DNA of 64,000 nucleotides, taken from assembly GCF_032062105.1 (NCBI RefSeq), contig NW_026937242.1:1-64000 (forward strand), read 5' to 3'. Positions 1 to 12,744 of the stretch are shown piece after piece. The position numbers and the translations under genes were made by a program. This DNA is from Saccostrea cucullata. Lineage: Eukaryota. Within the stretch, counting starts at the first letter, position 1, and every line of letters begins with the position of its first letter. Below the pieces are notes generated by a model. The model did no database searches and had not been told where the DNA came from. It saw nothing but the letters and a program-made list of their open reading frames with translations.

Positions 1-20
1 TTTTCTATGAGCCTCTGCTG
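1..20 (+). CDS. VPS13: VPS13A/C-like exon (partial, 3' end; FYEPLL)
   Basis: Reads ttc tat gag cct ctg ctg followed by GTAAGG donor at 21; matches the FYEP motif preceding the VPS13 C-terminal glycine-rich helices; splices in phase to 309. Confidence 0.75.
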
Positions 21-308
21 GTAAGGTTGTTTTTTCCTCCTCAGTATTTTTTTGACTCAATGACATATTGGGGTGCCACCACAAACTTCATGAAACAGGC
101 CAGAATTTGGACTCCTTTTCTGTGGTCCCAGTAAGGAGTACAAATTAAATCTTTGTTTAAAAACTGCACAGAAGTAATTAAATTGAAAGTTTATTATCAT
201 GGGACATACTATTTCAAATGAAATCTAGTAGAAGACAAGTGTTAAACAAAACAATAAAATTTATTGTGAATATGAAAACCTTGATCTCATTTTCTGTGTG
301 ATTAACAG

Positions 309-384
309 GACACAATACAAGGAGAGGATGCCTTCACCAGTAACATGGTCAGGGGATTTGAGAATGCCATGGGACATATTGTAG
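309..384 (+). CDS. VPS13: VPS13A/C-like exon (DTIQGEDAFTSNMVRGFENAMGHIV)
   Basis: AG/GT bounded, phase-consistent; aligns by eye with the GAIQGPEEF..G...GH.VGG segment of VPS13A/C. Confidence 0.85.
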
Positions 385-496
385 GTAAGAGAAATGTCCT
401 TCTCAGTCTTTATAGTTGCTAGTTTAAAATAGTCATAAACTGTGATTTTCTGGAAGATAGGCCCTGTCTTTTATGTGAATCTGATTGGTTTTACAG

Positions 497-582
497 GAGG
501 TACAGCTAACTCTGTGGCTAGGATTACAGGAACTCTGGGGAACACTCTGGCTTACTTATCCATGGATGATGAGTTTCAGAAG
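497..582 (+). CDS. VPS13: VPS13A/C-like exon (GGTANSVARITGTLGNTLAYLSMDDEFQK)
   Basis: AG/GT bounded; ITG..G..A..MD..FQK motif of the VPS13 ATG2_C-like region. Confidence 0.9.
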
Positions 583-610
583 GTAGGGACTTTCTGCTCC
601 ATATTATAAT

Positions 611-2600
611 TTTTTATACGCCCGTCTTAAGACGGGACGTATTATGTTATAGGCTTCGTGTCCGTCCGTCTGTCCGTCTGTCTGTTAGCTTTTTCGTTTC
701 CGGCTCATAACTTTAATACTACTAGGCCTAGGATTATCAAACTTTGTCATCTGATGCATCTTGGGTAGAAGGTGTGTCGCGCACAAAAAGTAGGTTGCTC
801 TGACCTTTAATTAAGAAGTTATAGCCAAATATGGAAAAATCCTTTCCGGCCCATAACTAGAAAACCATAAGACCTACAATCATCAAACTTGGCCAGTTTA
901 TGCATCTTAGGTAGAAGGTGTGTCGCGACCTACATGTATTTCAAGGTCACTGTGACCTTTAATTTAAGTGAAGTTAAAAAAAAATGTGTCTTTTTACTTT
1001 TCATTTACACATCCCAAATAATGTAAAAGTATTGCACTGTTCTTATTAAAAAAGTGTTAAATCAAGAAAATACTAATTTTTTTTAAGCATATACTTGACA
1101 GCAATCTAAAACAAATATAATGTGTGTTAAGGCCTATTTACACGGTCTGACTTGTAAGATATGATTTCAGATGTGATTTCACATCTGACTCCAGTGTTTC
1201 ATTTACACGGTATGATTTGTCAGACATGAAGTTCATTAATATTTCCCTCCAAATTTTTTTTGTTTACATTTCAGAATGGATGATGATGATAATTTAATAG
1301 CCATTTGTGTTTTAATAAATCTACTTCTTCTTGATATAGTTCTACTAATCTTTCAGTTTGTTCTGTAGTTAAATACAGTTCTCTCTTCTGTCCAGCCAAT
1401 AGAAAATGTCCTCTCAGGATTTCCCCCACATTTTAATTACAATAAATAAGATTAATTGATATTGAATTATCTTTGGAGAAGAAGTGCGGGAAAAATTCAC
1501 ATGTTAGTTCTTCTTTATATAGATCAACCTCTCTGACCTTGTCAATAATTGGTTAAAACCATCTGACTTGCCAGACAGAATAGAGCATGTTTCTATTCCA
1601 TCTGACTCCATCTGACTTCATATCTGTCTTCTGATTTTCCTATTTACATGATATGATTTGTAAGATGTGGCAAGTCACATCTTACAAATCAGATCGTGTA
1701 AATAGGGCTTTAGAGAAATCCCATGTCTCCCATGAGTGTAATTATCAGGCACTGGTCAAGAAGAATTTTGATAACAGAAAATTGCATGTCAAATTATAGA
1801 GAAATTAATGGGTTTTGAGTGCAGCAGTTAACTGACAGAGCATTGGCGTTATCTATATCCCTTGAGAATTGGGCAAATGGGTAAGCCTGTTTGATTAAAA
1901 ATAGCTCTTGTTGACTAGCTTAAGTTTTGAAATGAATTTGATGAAAAGTAATTAAAACTAATTTGATATTGCATAATAGACTAATCTGATATTATGTAAA
2001 TTTATTAATTTAAAAACTAATTTTATGGGGTGGGGTTGAATCAGCATGTCCATATGAATTACATACTAAAACCTGTCGGACATTAAATCTCAACCCAAAA
2101 AAATCTGAGAGTATTTTATATGTTTTTGAAAAAAAATTATAGTAGATAGTGCAGACCCATTCATCTCTTGGTAGTAATGAGTAGACAAGCATCCAGTTAA
2201 AGATTAATTAATGAGTTCAGTGTAGGAAGGCTTGCTGTCTCAGTCGCTCTGATTAGTGATTAAGCAGCCCTTTGGGGATTATACAGAAGAACTGCTGGTC
2301 AGTTTATAAATATGTCATTTGATGGCCAGCCTTTTTTTCAAAATTAATTTGGTATAAATTAAGTTGTTAAGACTAATTTGATGATGGGCATTTGACAAGG
2401 TCTAACACAACCAGCACAGAAATCTATCAGTGATGTAAAATTTATTATAATTGATGCCTAGATCACAGGGGATGGATAAATATTTTAAGGAATGGAAAAA
2501 TCTTAGAATAAAGGTTGATGTGATTTTCTTGTACCTAAACTGTTCAAGAAAATTGTAATTTTTTGACGGGCGTATCATGCTGTGGCGCGGCACTTTATTT
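611..2600 (+). mobile_element. Helentron-associated non-autonomous element (HINE/DINE-like) in VPS13 intron
   Basis: 5' T-tract + subTIR ATACGCCCGTC with local inverted partner GACGGGACGTAT, (GTCC/GTCT)n microsatellite, two ~135-bp internal repeats; 3' GACGGGCGTAT + short stem-loop + T-tract at 2565-2600. Confidence 0.7.
1130..1709. mobile_element. PIF/Harbinger-type MITE nested in the HINE
   Basis: ~30-bp TIRs (AGGCCTATTTACACGGTCTGACTTGTAAGAT / ATCTTACAAATCAGATCGTGTAAATAGGGCT) flanked by TTA on both sides. Confidence 0.8.
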
Positions 2601-2989
2601 TGGCTTCAAACAAGTCACATTGAAATAAAATGAAATTGTCTCAGGTGGATAGGTGTTGTTACTTATTAAGGTGCATATACACAAGACAGTATCACTGTGT
2701 TTAAATAATCCTAATAAGGCATACATGTATTATCATTCAGATCTTTCAAGAATTCAAACATCAAAAGTGTTTCAAAAAACTTTCCTTTGAGCACGTACCT
2801 GCTCTTTATATAACATTCAACTAAGACATGTAGAGTTGGTTTTGTTTGACTTTAAATTGCCTTGTAGAGAGAATTTTGGAGGTCACAGCAGCATTTGCTC
2901 TTAAATTCACATGTAAATGTTAAATCAAGAATGTACATGATATGTTGAGATAAATATAGATTTGTTTGACCTTTCTCATGACCTTGTAG

Positions 2990-3113
2990 AGGAGAGTGCG
3001 TCGGTTACAGCAGCAGCCCCGGAATCTCCCACACAGCATGGCCATGGCGGGGAAGGGTTTCTTGTCAGGGATGAAGTTTGGTCTCCTAGGGGTGGTGCTA
3101 GATCCTGTACATG
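2990..3113 (+). CDS. VPS13: VPS13A/C-like exon (RRVRRLQQQPRNLPHSMAMAGKGFLSGMKFGLLGVVLDPVH)
   Basis: AG/GT bounded, in phase; QP...G.KG..SG...G.V..P pattern. Confidence 0.9.
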
Positions 3114-3495
3114 GTAGGCTGTATTTTTATTAGTCCCTTACTGGTGAAACCAGAGAGGACTCAGGTTTTTAATATGTTAAAAATACAATTTTATTAGATT
3201 GTAAATCAGTTATTTAGAATTATTGTTTCAGAAAAAGGTAAAATGGATAAAAACATTAGAAATATTTAATTGTTTAAAAGAAAAAGATCATTGTATTATT
3301 TTTTTAACTTACTTTGTACAGCTAGAAGCTTTGAATTTCTTTTAAAAGGTATTTCAGGAATTCATTAAACATACAGTTGGAAAATTAATGAATGCGTATA
3401 AATGGAATAAAATGTAATAATAATATGTAACATAATGCATGTAAATCCCTTGTGTTGATATTGTGTTAAAAAATATATTCTGTATTTATTTTCAG

Positions 3496-3619
3496 GTGCT
3501 TCAGAGGAGGGTGTTGAGGGGTTCTTTAAGGGGATCGGTAAGGGGTTGCTGGGACTGGTCACTCAGCCCCTTGGAGGTGTGATGGACATGGTCAGTCTGG
3601 CCTTCGATGGTGTCCGCAG
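3496..3619 (+). CDS. VPS13: VPS13A/C-like exon (GASEEGVEGFFKGIGKGLLGLVTQPLGGVMDMVSLAFDGVRR)
   Basis: Hallmark GFFKG.GKGL.G.V..P.GG..D motif of VPS13 C-terminus; canonical splice sites. Confidence 0.95.
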
Positions 3620-3958
3620 GTAAAACAATGATGATATTATAAAATGATATGTGAAGATACACCCTCAATACCTTTCATGTGTAAAAATATAATGTCTTTA
3701 ATACTGTTAAATATAATTAACATTAAGGTTGATGTTTTTTTGTGAGGAAAATGTATTTCACATTTTTACATTGTTTTACATTCTCTGTTATCCATTATAA
3801 ATGTGTTTTGAATATAAGATACTCTGATTTGTCATTTTTCTGCATACTTGAAAAATTATACCATTAGTATAACTTTTCCATTTTATACACATTTTAACCT
3901 CTATGGTATCTATAAGTAATCCTTTGATGAGTGTGGATCTTTCTTCTATTTTTGACAG

Positions 3959-4022
3959 GTCTGCTGAGAATGATGTAGTAGCCATAAGAATGAGATTACC
4001 CAGGTTTATCAACCCCTATCAT
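3959..4022 (+). CDS. VPS13: VPS13A/C-like exon (SAENDVVAIRMRLPRFINPYH)
   Basis: R.PR motif following the ATG2_C-like region; canonical splice sites, in phase. Confidence 0.9.
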
Positions 4023-4241
4023 GTAGGTTGTTTTCCACTTCTTTATTTGTTGATATTGTATAATTAAACAATACATGATTATTTTAACATTTGATAAGAG
4101 TTCAAAAGCTGAATTCTTATAATTATGTAACCTTGTCTCAAATAAAACCATGCAAATACATGTATGTATCTTCAAGTTGGTTAATGATAAAACCATACTC
4201 GGCCTTCAGTACATTAGATACAATATGATTTTTCCTTCCAG

Positions 4242-4387
4242 GGTTTAGAGCCCTACTCGTGGTACAGGGCCCAGGGTAACTTTATCCTACACAGACTCCG
4301 GGATGAGCAGCGATCCTCCGGGATCTTTGTAGACTTCGCTCCTCTGAGTTATGATGACAGAGCAGACCTCCTGTTCATCACAGACAG
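4242..4387 (+). CDS. VPS13: VPS13A/C-like exon, PH-like domain start (GLEPYSWYRAQGNFILHRL...LLFITDR)
   Basis: PY...A.G..L and ITDR motifs; canonical splice sites. Confidence 0.9.
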
Positions 4388-4659
4388 GTCAAGAGTTCTC
4401 TTTTACACTTACATTAAAAATCATTAACTTAAAAATGCACACAGGGTATTGATTCTTTGCCTCATAAAATTTCAAACAAGATGCTTGGGATTAAATCTCC
4501 CGGTATAATATTGCTTATGAAATATCTTTGGTGTTATAACAATTTATTAAATTTTAATTAATTTCCATAATGTATGAATGTAAATACCCAGAGCTTTTGA
4601 TTATGAAAGATGAAAAATATAATATGAAAATTAATGGTTTGTATGATGTTTTTTGACAG

Positions 4660-4783
4660 GACAATTTTGAGCTTGTCAAAGAATCGATTTTCCCCGGGGT
4701 ATGACGTGAAGTGGGAAGTAGAGAGGGAGAGGATTATGGGAATTCCAGAGGTGACAGAAAATAAAATAGTCCTCACTCTCAAG
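4660..4783 (+). CDS. VPS13: VPS13A/C-like exon (TILSLSKNRFSPGYDVKWEVERERIMGIPEVTENKIVLTLK)
   Basis: Overlaps ORF 4634-4843; AG/GT bounded, in phase. Confidence 0.88.
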
Positions 4784-5131
4784 GTAGGTTTGTCTAAGGA
4801 CTTCACTGAAGATACACTAGTAATCAAGTATACAAACTCATAACCAAGTTATAATTATTGGCACAAGGTACTAATATTAACTTTTATACAGTGTGAATAT
4901 TCTTTGAATTTGAATATATATTTTCTTCAGTTTTGTATCAATTTGACTATAGAAAAACCAAATTTATTTTGTGATCACAAGTATATGCATCATTTAAGAA
5001 ATGATAACATCAAGCTCCTAGTATAGAAGAAAAAACGCATTTGAAATATTACCACAGTTTAAAATATCTTGACTAAAAGATATGAAATCATTCAGGGTAG
5101 TTAAAAATACTGGTTGTTTTTGCTTTTGAAG

Positions 5132-5245
5132 GACAAGAAGGGTTCCTTATTCTCTGGGAGTACAATAGAGATCTCTAGTCCAAACTCTGAAATACTGAGG
5201 TGGATCCAGGATCGTATGGAGCGTATTGTCAGACAGCAGATCTAA
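5132..5245 (+). CDS. VPS13: VPS13A/C-like terminal exon (DKKGSLFSGSTIEISSPNSEILRWIQDRMERIVRQQI*)
   Basis: AAG acceptor, phase 0, TAA stop at 5243-5245. Confidence 0.8.
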   Translation, partial: DKKGSLFSGSTIEISSPNSEILRWIQDRMERIVRQQI

Positions 5246-6171
5246 GTAGTAAGTTACAAAGTCTCATGGAAGTTTTTGAGTAAAGAATTGTTTTCAATGT
5301 TTGTATAAAGTAAAGAATACATGTATAAAACAAATTAATATTTTCTTGTGATTGATATTGTGATGTGTCTTACAATATTTGTGTGATTGTTTATTTTCCA
5401 GGTTGTCATAAAGTTCTGTGGATTTATTTGACATGAACAAAAGAGATTGATGTTTGGCTGTGATTTTTAGAAACTGTATATTGACTGCAAATTTCAGTAG
5501 CATAATAGCTGAGTGTTTGTTGTTCTGACATCTCATATTTCATTTTTCGCCATATGTTGATGATGGGTTAGCTATTCTTGTTGTCATAAGTACACTGTGT
5601 AATATAAATATTAAAACATGTATGTTTTAAGGGAAGTCCTCAGTTTATAAGCAGGGCATGCTTACATGTAACACCATAAAAATAAATTGCATGTAGTCAA
5701 TTTATTGTGATATACACTCCATGTGCAATACCTTTTAACAGCATTTTACAGTTGTTTTTGTTTAACTTGTTTACCATGTATGTATGTGTTTATGACATTC
5801 CAGGATTACCTGTCCTTTTTGTCTATTAGAAGTATTTGTTAATTGTATATTGTGGTATACACCCTCCCAAATATAAGACTTTGAGTAGTAATGATCTCGA
5901 GGTAGATTAATTTAATTTATTTCCAAGTTTATAGTCACATAAAATGAACTAGCTAGTTGCATAGCTATAAAATAAAAATTAACTGAATTGGAAAGGAGAA
6001 TGTTTTGAACTAAAATGCTAGATTCTTCTGGGAAGATATAATAACTTTTTTTGAATTGTAAAGATCAGGAATCCAAATTAAGCTCTTTTTCCAGTAGAAA
6101 ATTACAGCATTGTTCTGAATATAGCTACTTGAGATTAATGTATTTCAATTTAAAACCAAATACTAGAACTA

Positions 6172-6344
6172 TACAGTTGAACTTCATTAATGCCCCAAAC
6201 TCTGATATCTCGAACATACCATTGATATTTAGAAGTGATTATTATGAAGTCCAACCCACTTGTTCCTTAAGAATTTTACCCTCGAATGCTAGGATATCTT
6301 GATTTTTTTTTTCCAATTGAGTTTTAAATAATGAGGTTTGACTA
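6172..6344. mobile_element. Degenerate Tc1/mariner (pogo/Tigger-like) MITE downstream of the VPS13 stop
   Basis: TA|CAGTTGAACTTCATTA... and ...ATAATGAGGTTTGACT imperfect TIRs. Confidence 0.5.
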
Positions 6345-8513
6345 CTTGCTCACATGTAAAACTATCAATAGGAGCAAGCGGAACAAAACATTATGGCTAA
6401 ACTTTCTGTGATATATGTATACAGTGCTGTATTTATAGGTTTCACAGATAAAGGATTTTTCATGATTACCTTATATAAAACACAATCAGGCTGATATTTT
6501 TTGCAAAAGATATTTTTTCTCTTATTATAAACATTTCCAGTTATTGAACATATTAAACTCTAATTTTAAACAAAAAAGATGAAATCATATTTTTCATTCA
6601 ACAAAAGATTGTACACACTTTGTTGTAACTCATTAGTACATTTATCTCCAATACTTGGCATTCAAATTATATTGCACTTTGTTATTTTCATAGACATACA
6701 AGACTACTGTTTTATACAAATTGCACTTTGACCTGAACATTTTGGAATTGACCTGATGAAGTAATTCAGACTTTCCCATCATTTATTACAATAAACTGGA
6801 ATATGAATTAAGCAAATTTGAAGGATTTGTAGATTTGCACTTAACTGGTCTAATACATGTAGAACCGATATTTTGGGTGTTTAATGATCATTATTAGACA
6901 TTTAACATTTATATATATGGTTAAGATTTTTTTCTACTTTGTTTACAATTATTTGTTAGCCAGAGAGAATTATGTTGTTATTTACTTAAATTATTATTGC
7001 TTTGTTAATAAAGAAACACGTATTTAGATTACCGACATTGTTATTTGATATATACCACAAAAGTTGGAGATTCCAGAACATATACACACGACATATAAAA
7101 TATAGATTTTGGTCTATCTGTGCTTGTTTATATATCCACAAAACTTGAATCTTGGCCAGAATTCTGACAGTTGGATCTGTAGCTTTCATCTTTCAAAGCT
7201 CATCCCCATGCAGGATTTAAGATACCAGGGCCCGTTTCACAAAGCCTACTTGGGACTAAGTTCTGTCTATATCAATATACTTGCCTGTGTGAATATCCAA
7301 GGTTTCTCATGGGGGGAGAAAATGTGTTTGGGGAGAGAATATCCGATGAACTACTAGTATATGTATATAGACGATTGGGTTTTCTCCAGGTTAAAACTGC
7401 TTTAATTTGCATGGAATTACTAGGATTTCAATAAATGGTAAAAATGTGTCAAAATTAGTCCAAAGTACACTGTATATTGAAATGTCCGTTCACAAAACTG
7501 GAGCTGGCGAAATAGATGGTACACATGCTGGAATAATTCCCTTTCATTTGAAGAGCACGCCCTTGTAATCAAAAATAGCACATTATTTGATCCATTATTG
7601 CATGTATACACTCATGTATACAATCATTATGTTTTTATCTACATGTACATGTTTACCTATTTATGTATTATTAGTATTTAAATCGATATTGAATTAAATT
7701 TTGAATAAAATATTTTAGATACATGTAAATGGAAACACTTGTTCACTTTCTATAACATGTATAAGTACATGATACTTGATGAACCCCAAACCAAGCTCAG
7801 GATATACATGTATTGATGTTCCTCCCAAGAATGGTTGCATCTAATCTTCCCTAGGACGTTATCATTGAAGGAACACAAACATAACGAAATTAATTTTGTT
7901 TTCTTTAGTATTCTACACATCGGCAAAATTATTATTACCCCCTCCCGTGCTCCTCCACTTCCTAAAGCCATGAGATTACAACTAGTTTCCTCTACGCGTA
8001 ACAATGTACATGTATAGCTATATATGAGATTTCAATAGATTTCGCTTTTTCATACCCCCGTTTGAAAAGCGGGAGGGTATATAGTAATCGCATAGGCGTA
8101 GTCACAAGGGGGCAGCGGGGGGGCACTAGCCCCCCCCCCCCTTCAGATCGGGGGGGGGGGGGGGGCAAGGGTATGTCTGTGCCCCCCACTTTTTAATGAA
8201 GAACAAATCACAGCTATTTTGAAATTATATTAAACTTTATTTTATGGCATTTTTTATGTTCAACAACTGAATACAAAAGCCCAATATTTACATTCGCTGT
8301 GTTTTTCTAGTAAGCTTACTGTGAAATTGATTTGAAAAACATTTTCGTGTATACTCACGCGTAGAAATATACGGAGAAACGTGCGTTAACGTGACGTCAC
8401 AATGAGACTGCAGCGACGTTAGTAAAAAGCAATAATATAGGACAGCGAGAAATTCAAATATTGAGTATATTTTGGTTGCCTCCAAACAGGTTAAATGTAA
8501 ATATAAGGAATGT

Positions 8514-11500
8514 TATGGCACGCCGATTGGTTCAAAAATATTTTCTGCACGACCTTAAACAAAAATTACACGAGCAAGTAAAAACTTACACAAAGTGCGG
8601 AAAATACACACAAAGTTATTAAAATTTACACAAACTATACAAAAACTACACAATCAAGAAAATATTTACACGATATAATGAGAAAATTACACAAACGTAA
8701 AAACGAAAACTGCACAAGTGAGAATACAACAGCGACATTATATACGGCGCATCCTCATTGCGCACATTTCATTAATATTCATTAGAGAACAGCTCAGTGT
8801 GGCTTGGATGCTTGAAACATTATAAAACAAGAGGATGAGTAAATGTGTTAACAATATTTATATTCAATCTTTTAAAAAAGATTCAGTCTTTCAGAATTAC
8901 GTTAGACTCTCAAGAATATGCACATTGTGTTTTATACATTTAAAAATTGACAGGTACACAATATGCATATAAATTAACACCCCTCTATTAAAAATACATT
9001 CTACATGTATATAAAATGTAAAAAGTGGGGGTGTGGATATCTATATTGTCAGTTGTGTGTTTAATTGTTAGATTTTTTAATGTCATTCCTCTATATAGCA
9101 ATATCTTTTGAAAGTTCAAAACAATGATAATATCATAGTAAAGGTAAATAAATAAAAACAGCGTGAGGTAATACAGGAGAGTTAACAACAAATGAAACTC
9201 TTTCTCAAACACCCACTGAGTGTACTATGGTAATAATTAAGGTTGTGGATGCGTGGCCTTTTCATATCGAGAGATTCCTTGCTCCCTGCTGGTGCTGGAA
9301 TGAAAGACACCTGTACGATAATCGATTTATAGTTATTTGACACATCAATAATACCTTTTGATTGAAGGTTACTAGCAATTCATTCAGAGATTTTGAAGCA
9401 ATGTTGCTGCCATCTGGGTTGTGGAATTTGCCCGATACATTTTTAGAAGTAAACAGTAAAAAAAAAAAAAAACAATAAATAATTGCGCAACTTTAATTTT
9501 AATATTAAAAGAATCCATCATTTTTTTAAAAATAACTCGTAGTAAAATTATACAGTGTTTTACTTATGTGAATTTCTGTTTTTCTAGTGTAGATTATTTT
9601 GAATAGGTAAAATGCATATAAAGGAGTTAAACAATTTAAAATTATATTATGCTGATACACATTTAGTATCGCTTTTTAAAGTGAGGAAGGGGGGGGGGGG
9701 AATTATACCTAAACATTCTAATTAACAAGCAGAAAAAATGGTAAAGCGTCCATTCTCGAAAATCCTATTTCGTTGAGGTAATGATCGAGGCACCTTCAGT
9801 TCCAATCCAGCAACAAAAAGGGGGCTTTTTAGTTGAAATTTTACAATGGAAGTAGGTTCTGTTTGCAAAAAAAAAAAACAACAACAAACAAACAAACAAA
9901 AAAACCAAAAAAAAAAAAAAAAACGAAGGGGGGATGCAGGTCCCTTCTGAAATATATTTTTAAGAATTTAAGGGTACGATATCCTGGGATTTGCCTGCGC
10001 TCGACATAACAACATTTAAAAATTGGGGGTTGGGTTGGGGTCAACCAGCATGTAAAGGAAAATTTACTATAGCAAAATCTATACTCAAAAATGAGGGGGA
10101 TGGGGGTCTACAGGCCTGATTGACGATTAATTTCGTTTCATAATAATACAAGTATAATCATGTTTTTTTTCATAATGGCCATTTACATGTATTTGGGTAA
10201 AAAAAAGTAATATTACAAGAAACTTAGTGGTTGGAAAATAATTTCAAAAATCATGAAGTCTAATTTGAAATGTAAACGGAATTTGTTGTCTTGGAAAATA
10301 GTTGCCACACATCGAGCTCCATAAAGAACATAAATTATTAATTTTGCATTTTTCAGAGTGATAAAATACGTTCTATTACACTGCTGTATCCATTCTAATT
10401 TTTTTTTATTGCTTCCTATTTGTAACATTGTACGCATAGATGTACCTAGTAAATCACAATGTTTTAAAAGTAACAAAGCACAAAAGCGCATGTACATAAA
10501 GCACATAGAGTATATATATTCTCCTTTTATCTGATCCTTTTTATTAAAATGAAAACATTTATCATGCAATCGCCATTACGAATGAGGGTAACGCTTACAA
10601 GAAATGTCTTGTTTTTATTGAGTAGCTTATAACTGAAAATATGATATTTAATGAAAGGAATTCATAACAAAGTATGCTAAAGATCTCCAACCAAAACTGA
10701 TATCCTGATAATTTATAAGTATGAATGCATGTGTTATTAGAATATTTTTTATGTTTGACGTTAGATCAAAATACATGCTGTGTACATCTAAGGTAATACC
10801 AAGTTTTTTAAGTTAAAAAAATAGATATCAAATAAAATGAATACAGGTATATATAATTTCCTATTCCGAGTGGTAAAGAAAATAAAATAGGTACAAATGA
10901 AGAGTACCAAAATTACAGCTTAATGATTATAATCAGCAATAATTCTGCCAATTTCAATGAATAATCAACTTTATTAATCTTTTTATTATGCAAGTGTTAA
11001 TTTTATATTTATACAAGTAATTTCCGTTAAAGTTGTATCTATAAATTAGAAATTTTTAAAAGCTATTGAGAGTTTATTTAAATAAAAAAAAATAATTCTA
11101 ACAATTTTTTAAGAAAATCAAGATCCTAGTCAGCCGCACTATCGTTTGGTACTTTTAGTTCGGAGTCGAGAGCATCATATGCAATGGTGGTTTTTTTTTT
11201 ACCTCGCATTATCAGGGACCTATATGTATATAGGTCCCTGGCATTATACAATTCCTTCTTGTCACAATTTTTGTCATCAAATAATACCTCCATATATTAG
11301 TTGGGATCTCGGTCAATACAAGTAAAAACATAATATTTTGAAAAACTTTGAAGTATTCTCACATATAGATCACATGGAAACACTTCATTTGTTCAATTGG
11401 CATTAGCTAGAAATCGAGGTTTAGAAAAGAAATAAAAAAGCAAAGTAAAGCACATGCCATCGTCAACGCCATTTAATTTCCATTCTCGATTACATCCAGC

Positions 11501-11849
11501 TCAGTAGATAAAGAGTACAGAAAACCAAGAACACGATGAATAATCTATGTGCATAATAATGATATGCGCAGCTGTGTGCGCAGTAAAATTGTTTGTGTAA
11601 TTTTTAGTTTCCTCTGCTCGTGCAATTTTTCATTTTTTGTTTGTGCATATTATACCCCTAAATCGTGCAAAAAATTTCGGATTCGTGTATTTTTCGTTAT
11701 GTTTGTGTTAAAATCTTTCAAACTATGTGCAATTTTTACCTATACGTGCATTTTTATTTTACTCGTGTATATTTTCCATCTAGCTCGTGTATAAAATCTT
11801 GATCGTTGTGCAGAAAATACATTAATTTTGAACCAATCGGCGTGCCATA
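8514..11849. mobile_element. IS3EU-like non-autonomous DNA transposon
   Basis: TIR TATGGCACGCCGATTGGTTCAAAA at both ends, 6-bp TSD GAATGT, ~20-bp-period subterminal repeats (TTACACAAA / TTTGTGTAA) over ~250 bp; TAYGG ends with a 6-bp TSD are the IS3EU signature. Confidence 0.8.
11213..11240. mobile_element. 28-bp palindromic micro-element / P-like excision footprint
   Basis: CAGGGACCTATA-TGTA-TATAGGTCCCTG flanked by 7-bp direct repeat GCATTAT (11206-11212, 11241-11247). Confidence 0.7.
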
Positions 11850-12680
11850 GAATGTTTTTCAGTTTAGTGTGAATTATTGGTGTGTGAATCACACAGACTT
11901 GCACATAGGCATATTTTTCATGAAGCGCTAGCGCGCTTCATGAAATATGCCTACGTGACAAGTCTGTGTGATTCACACACCAATAGAGATTGTTCTATCT
12001 GACGTATCCGTATCCGTATACGTATCCGTATCCGTATCGAGATATGAAAGGCATCTCGATCCCGATGTCTAAACCATTAATACATTTTCCATCTCTGTTT
12101 GTGGTTAAATAAGCCACAGTTCATGCATTAGAAAATAGCAATTAGCAATTTTTGTATTAAAAATAACAAACTGCTGTACATCTCTATCATTTCGTAAAAA
12201 ATATTTATTTAAAAAAAAGAAAGAAAATAAAATCAAGTATAAAATATTTTGTTTTAATTAATTTCATTTTGCTTCAAAATATTTGTAGGAAATCTCCCTT
12301 TCTCTTTTTTCTCTCGCTTTATATCTTTTATTGATTTTGTCTGTACTTTTCATATGCCATATATAGGCTTACCAATTACCCCCCCCCCCCCCCCACACAC
12401 ACACACACATACTGAAATATAAATTACGTTATCATCAACGCGATCGATAAAACGTTGTAGCCGTTTTTAAAAAGACTGTTCAAACTGATTTTATAATTAG
12501 CTTCAGGACCGTTGTAAGTATTCAGTATATGCTTTGAAGAGCCCGTGTAACTCCCTCCTTTTCCCCTCCTCTCACATTGGCGTCAGAAGCAAATTAAAAG
12601 TAGGTAGGGGGCTATTTGAAAGAGAAAAAAGTCAGACCTGAAAAACCTTGACAAACAAAAAAGTACTTAAATACTACTAT

Positions 12681-12692
12681 GTGTATGTATGT

Positions 12693-12742
<50 letters not shown>
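12681..12742. repeat. (GT)n microsatellite running into a ~37-nt poly-G tract
   Basis: Direct reading. Confidence 0.9.

Positions 12743-12744
<2 letters not shown>

Larger units (their letters stand above)
8215..11985. mobile_element. Long-hairpin non-autonomous element (Crypton-like architecture), split by an IS3EU-like insertion
   Basis: ~55-bp-arm palindrome 11876-11985 centred on GAAGCGCTAGCGCGCTTC; sequence continuous across the GAATGT duplication (8508-8513/11850-11855). Confidence 0.55.
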
